Positions 56,016 through 56,989 of a stretch of 56,989 bases of DNA are shown here, in pieces; position 1 is the first letter of the stretch, and every line of letters begins with the position of its first letter. The notes under the pieces were generated by a model. The model was not told where the DNA came from and searched no databases. It was given only the letters and a program-made list of their open reading frames with translations. Location of the stretch: contig JAHBMJ010000100.1 in the NCBI GenBank assembly GCA_018398765.1, positions 1-56,989 of the forward strand, read 5' to 3'. Made by a program: the position numbers and the translations under genes. This stretch comes from Chromera velia. Its lineage: Eukaryota.

Positions 56016-56989
56016 TCATGCGGTCAGCTCCTCCCCATCCCCCCTTCTTTCCTTCTCCATCGTCGGGCGGTCACGCAGAGCAAGAGGAGGAAGAGAAGAC
56101 ACAATCTCGCTCCCAAACACCGGAGAAAGAGAGGGAGAGGGACTCATGAGACGAGTCAGAGCGCCAAGGTCGAGCGCCTTCGTGAGGAGGTCAGAGAGGT
56201 TGGAATCGGTGGGGATCTTGAAGATGCCAATCCTATGTTGTTCGACCAAGTCAGTGGCGGCCTGGAGGGGAACAACACAAGCCTTGTCCTGCATCTCCCG
56301 GATAATGGGGAGGAGGGCATGCTCGGCAGAAGAAGAGGCGCCAGACAACAGCAGAGACAAAACGTTCGCTGCATCGCAGCCAATTCTGACACGGATGTTG
56401 GAGTAGAAGGGGGTGGTACAGTTTGCAAAATGCAGCGCGGCGTCGATGTCTTCCTCCAGGGCGAGCACCTCTGCTCTTGTAGTTGATCTTGCTACACGGG
56501 ACTGCCTCCTGCTTTTCCAAATGAGAGGTGAGTTGTTGATAAAAACAACCCAGCCTGTCTGAGGATGTGGGGAGGCGGCGTTGCCAAACGATGAGTCCCC
56601 ATGCTCGATGGTAGTCAGCTTGGTCGGGTCGGAGGAAGGACGGACGTAGATCCCGAGAGATGGGTGCGAACGGAGGTAGCGCACCGTTTGGAGGAGAAGA
56701 CGAAGAGCCCTCTCGGTCGGAGACGCCAGAAAACATGACAGGTACGAGTGCGCGAGAGCGACATCTGGCCGTGTGCAGCTCGCCATATAGCTTACCTGCC
56801 CAAGCAGGGTTCGGAAGACCTTCACACCTGCGGCAGACAGCAGAGGAGAGGTGTCGTCCTCATGCGTAGACCCGACAGGGAGAGGCTTGTCTGCACGTCG
56901 GTCAGAGCCGGCCATATCAGGAGGGAGGACAAGGGAGGCGACGTAGTCATATTGGTGGCAGAACACGCCGGTGGTGGAGACGTTGAACT
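56016..56989 (-). CDS. pol: Ty1/copia pol C-terminus (RT end and RNase H), running off the window
   Basis: Motifs LLGQVSY...TRPDVALA, GDSSFG, WKSRRQSRVARSTTRAE and IPTDSNLSDLLTKAL. Confidence 0.92.
   Translation of the reverse strand, partial: FNVSTTGVFCHQYDYVASLVLPPDMAGSDRRADKPLPVGSTHEDDTSPLLSAAGVKVFRTLLGQVSYMASCTRPDVALAHSYLSCFLASPTERALRLLLQTVRYLRSHPSLGIYVRPSSDPTKLTTIEHGDSSFGNAASPHPQTGWVVFINNSPLIWKSRRQSRVARSTTRAEVLALEEDIDAALHFANCTTPFYSNIRVRIGCDAANVLSLLLSGASSSAEHALLPIIREMQDKACVVPLQAATDLVEQHRIGIFKIPTDSNLSDLLTKALDLGALTRLMSPSPSLSPVFGSEIVSSLPPLALRDRPTMEKERRGDGEELTA

Overview
Eukaryotic genomic DNA with short GT-AG introns and abundant (TC)n/(TG)n/(GAAA)n microsatellites. The style suggests a protist such as a chromerid alveolate, but this cannot be proven from the window. 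There are two apparently intact host genes, arranged head-to-head. One is a 4-exon 40S ribosomal protein S18 gene (10052-10906, minus). The other is a ~20.7-kb multi-exon receptor gene (11479-32145, plus) encoding a signal peptide, ~20 EGF modules, 2 Sushi/CCP modules, a GPS motif and a polycystin-1-like 5-TM region. The flanks are decayed mobile DNA: a spliced pseudogene ending in a DOT1-like SAM methyltransferase domain, two Ty1/copia fragments (one ending in tandem LTRs plus an inverted LTR piece), two small TIR elements and two 5'-truncated LINEs. A full-length 13.1-kb Ty3/gypsy element is nested in the 3' UTR of the first LINE, which itself has a ~100-bp target-site duplication. The most notable signals are (i) pervasive C-to-T/G-to-A decay at CpG and CpA in the repeats, resembling methylation- or RIP-like silencing, (ii) a ~220-nt highly structured antisense RNA-like island in the gypsy element's ~5-kb extra region, and (iii) the EGF-GPS-PKD1-like receptor. 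All coordinates, exon models and base-pairings were read by eye.
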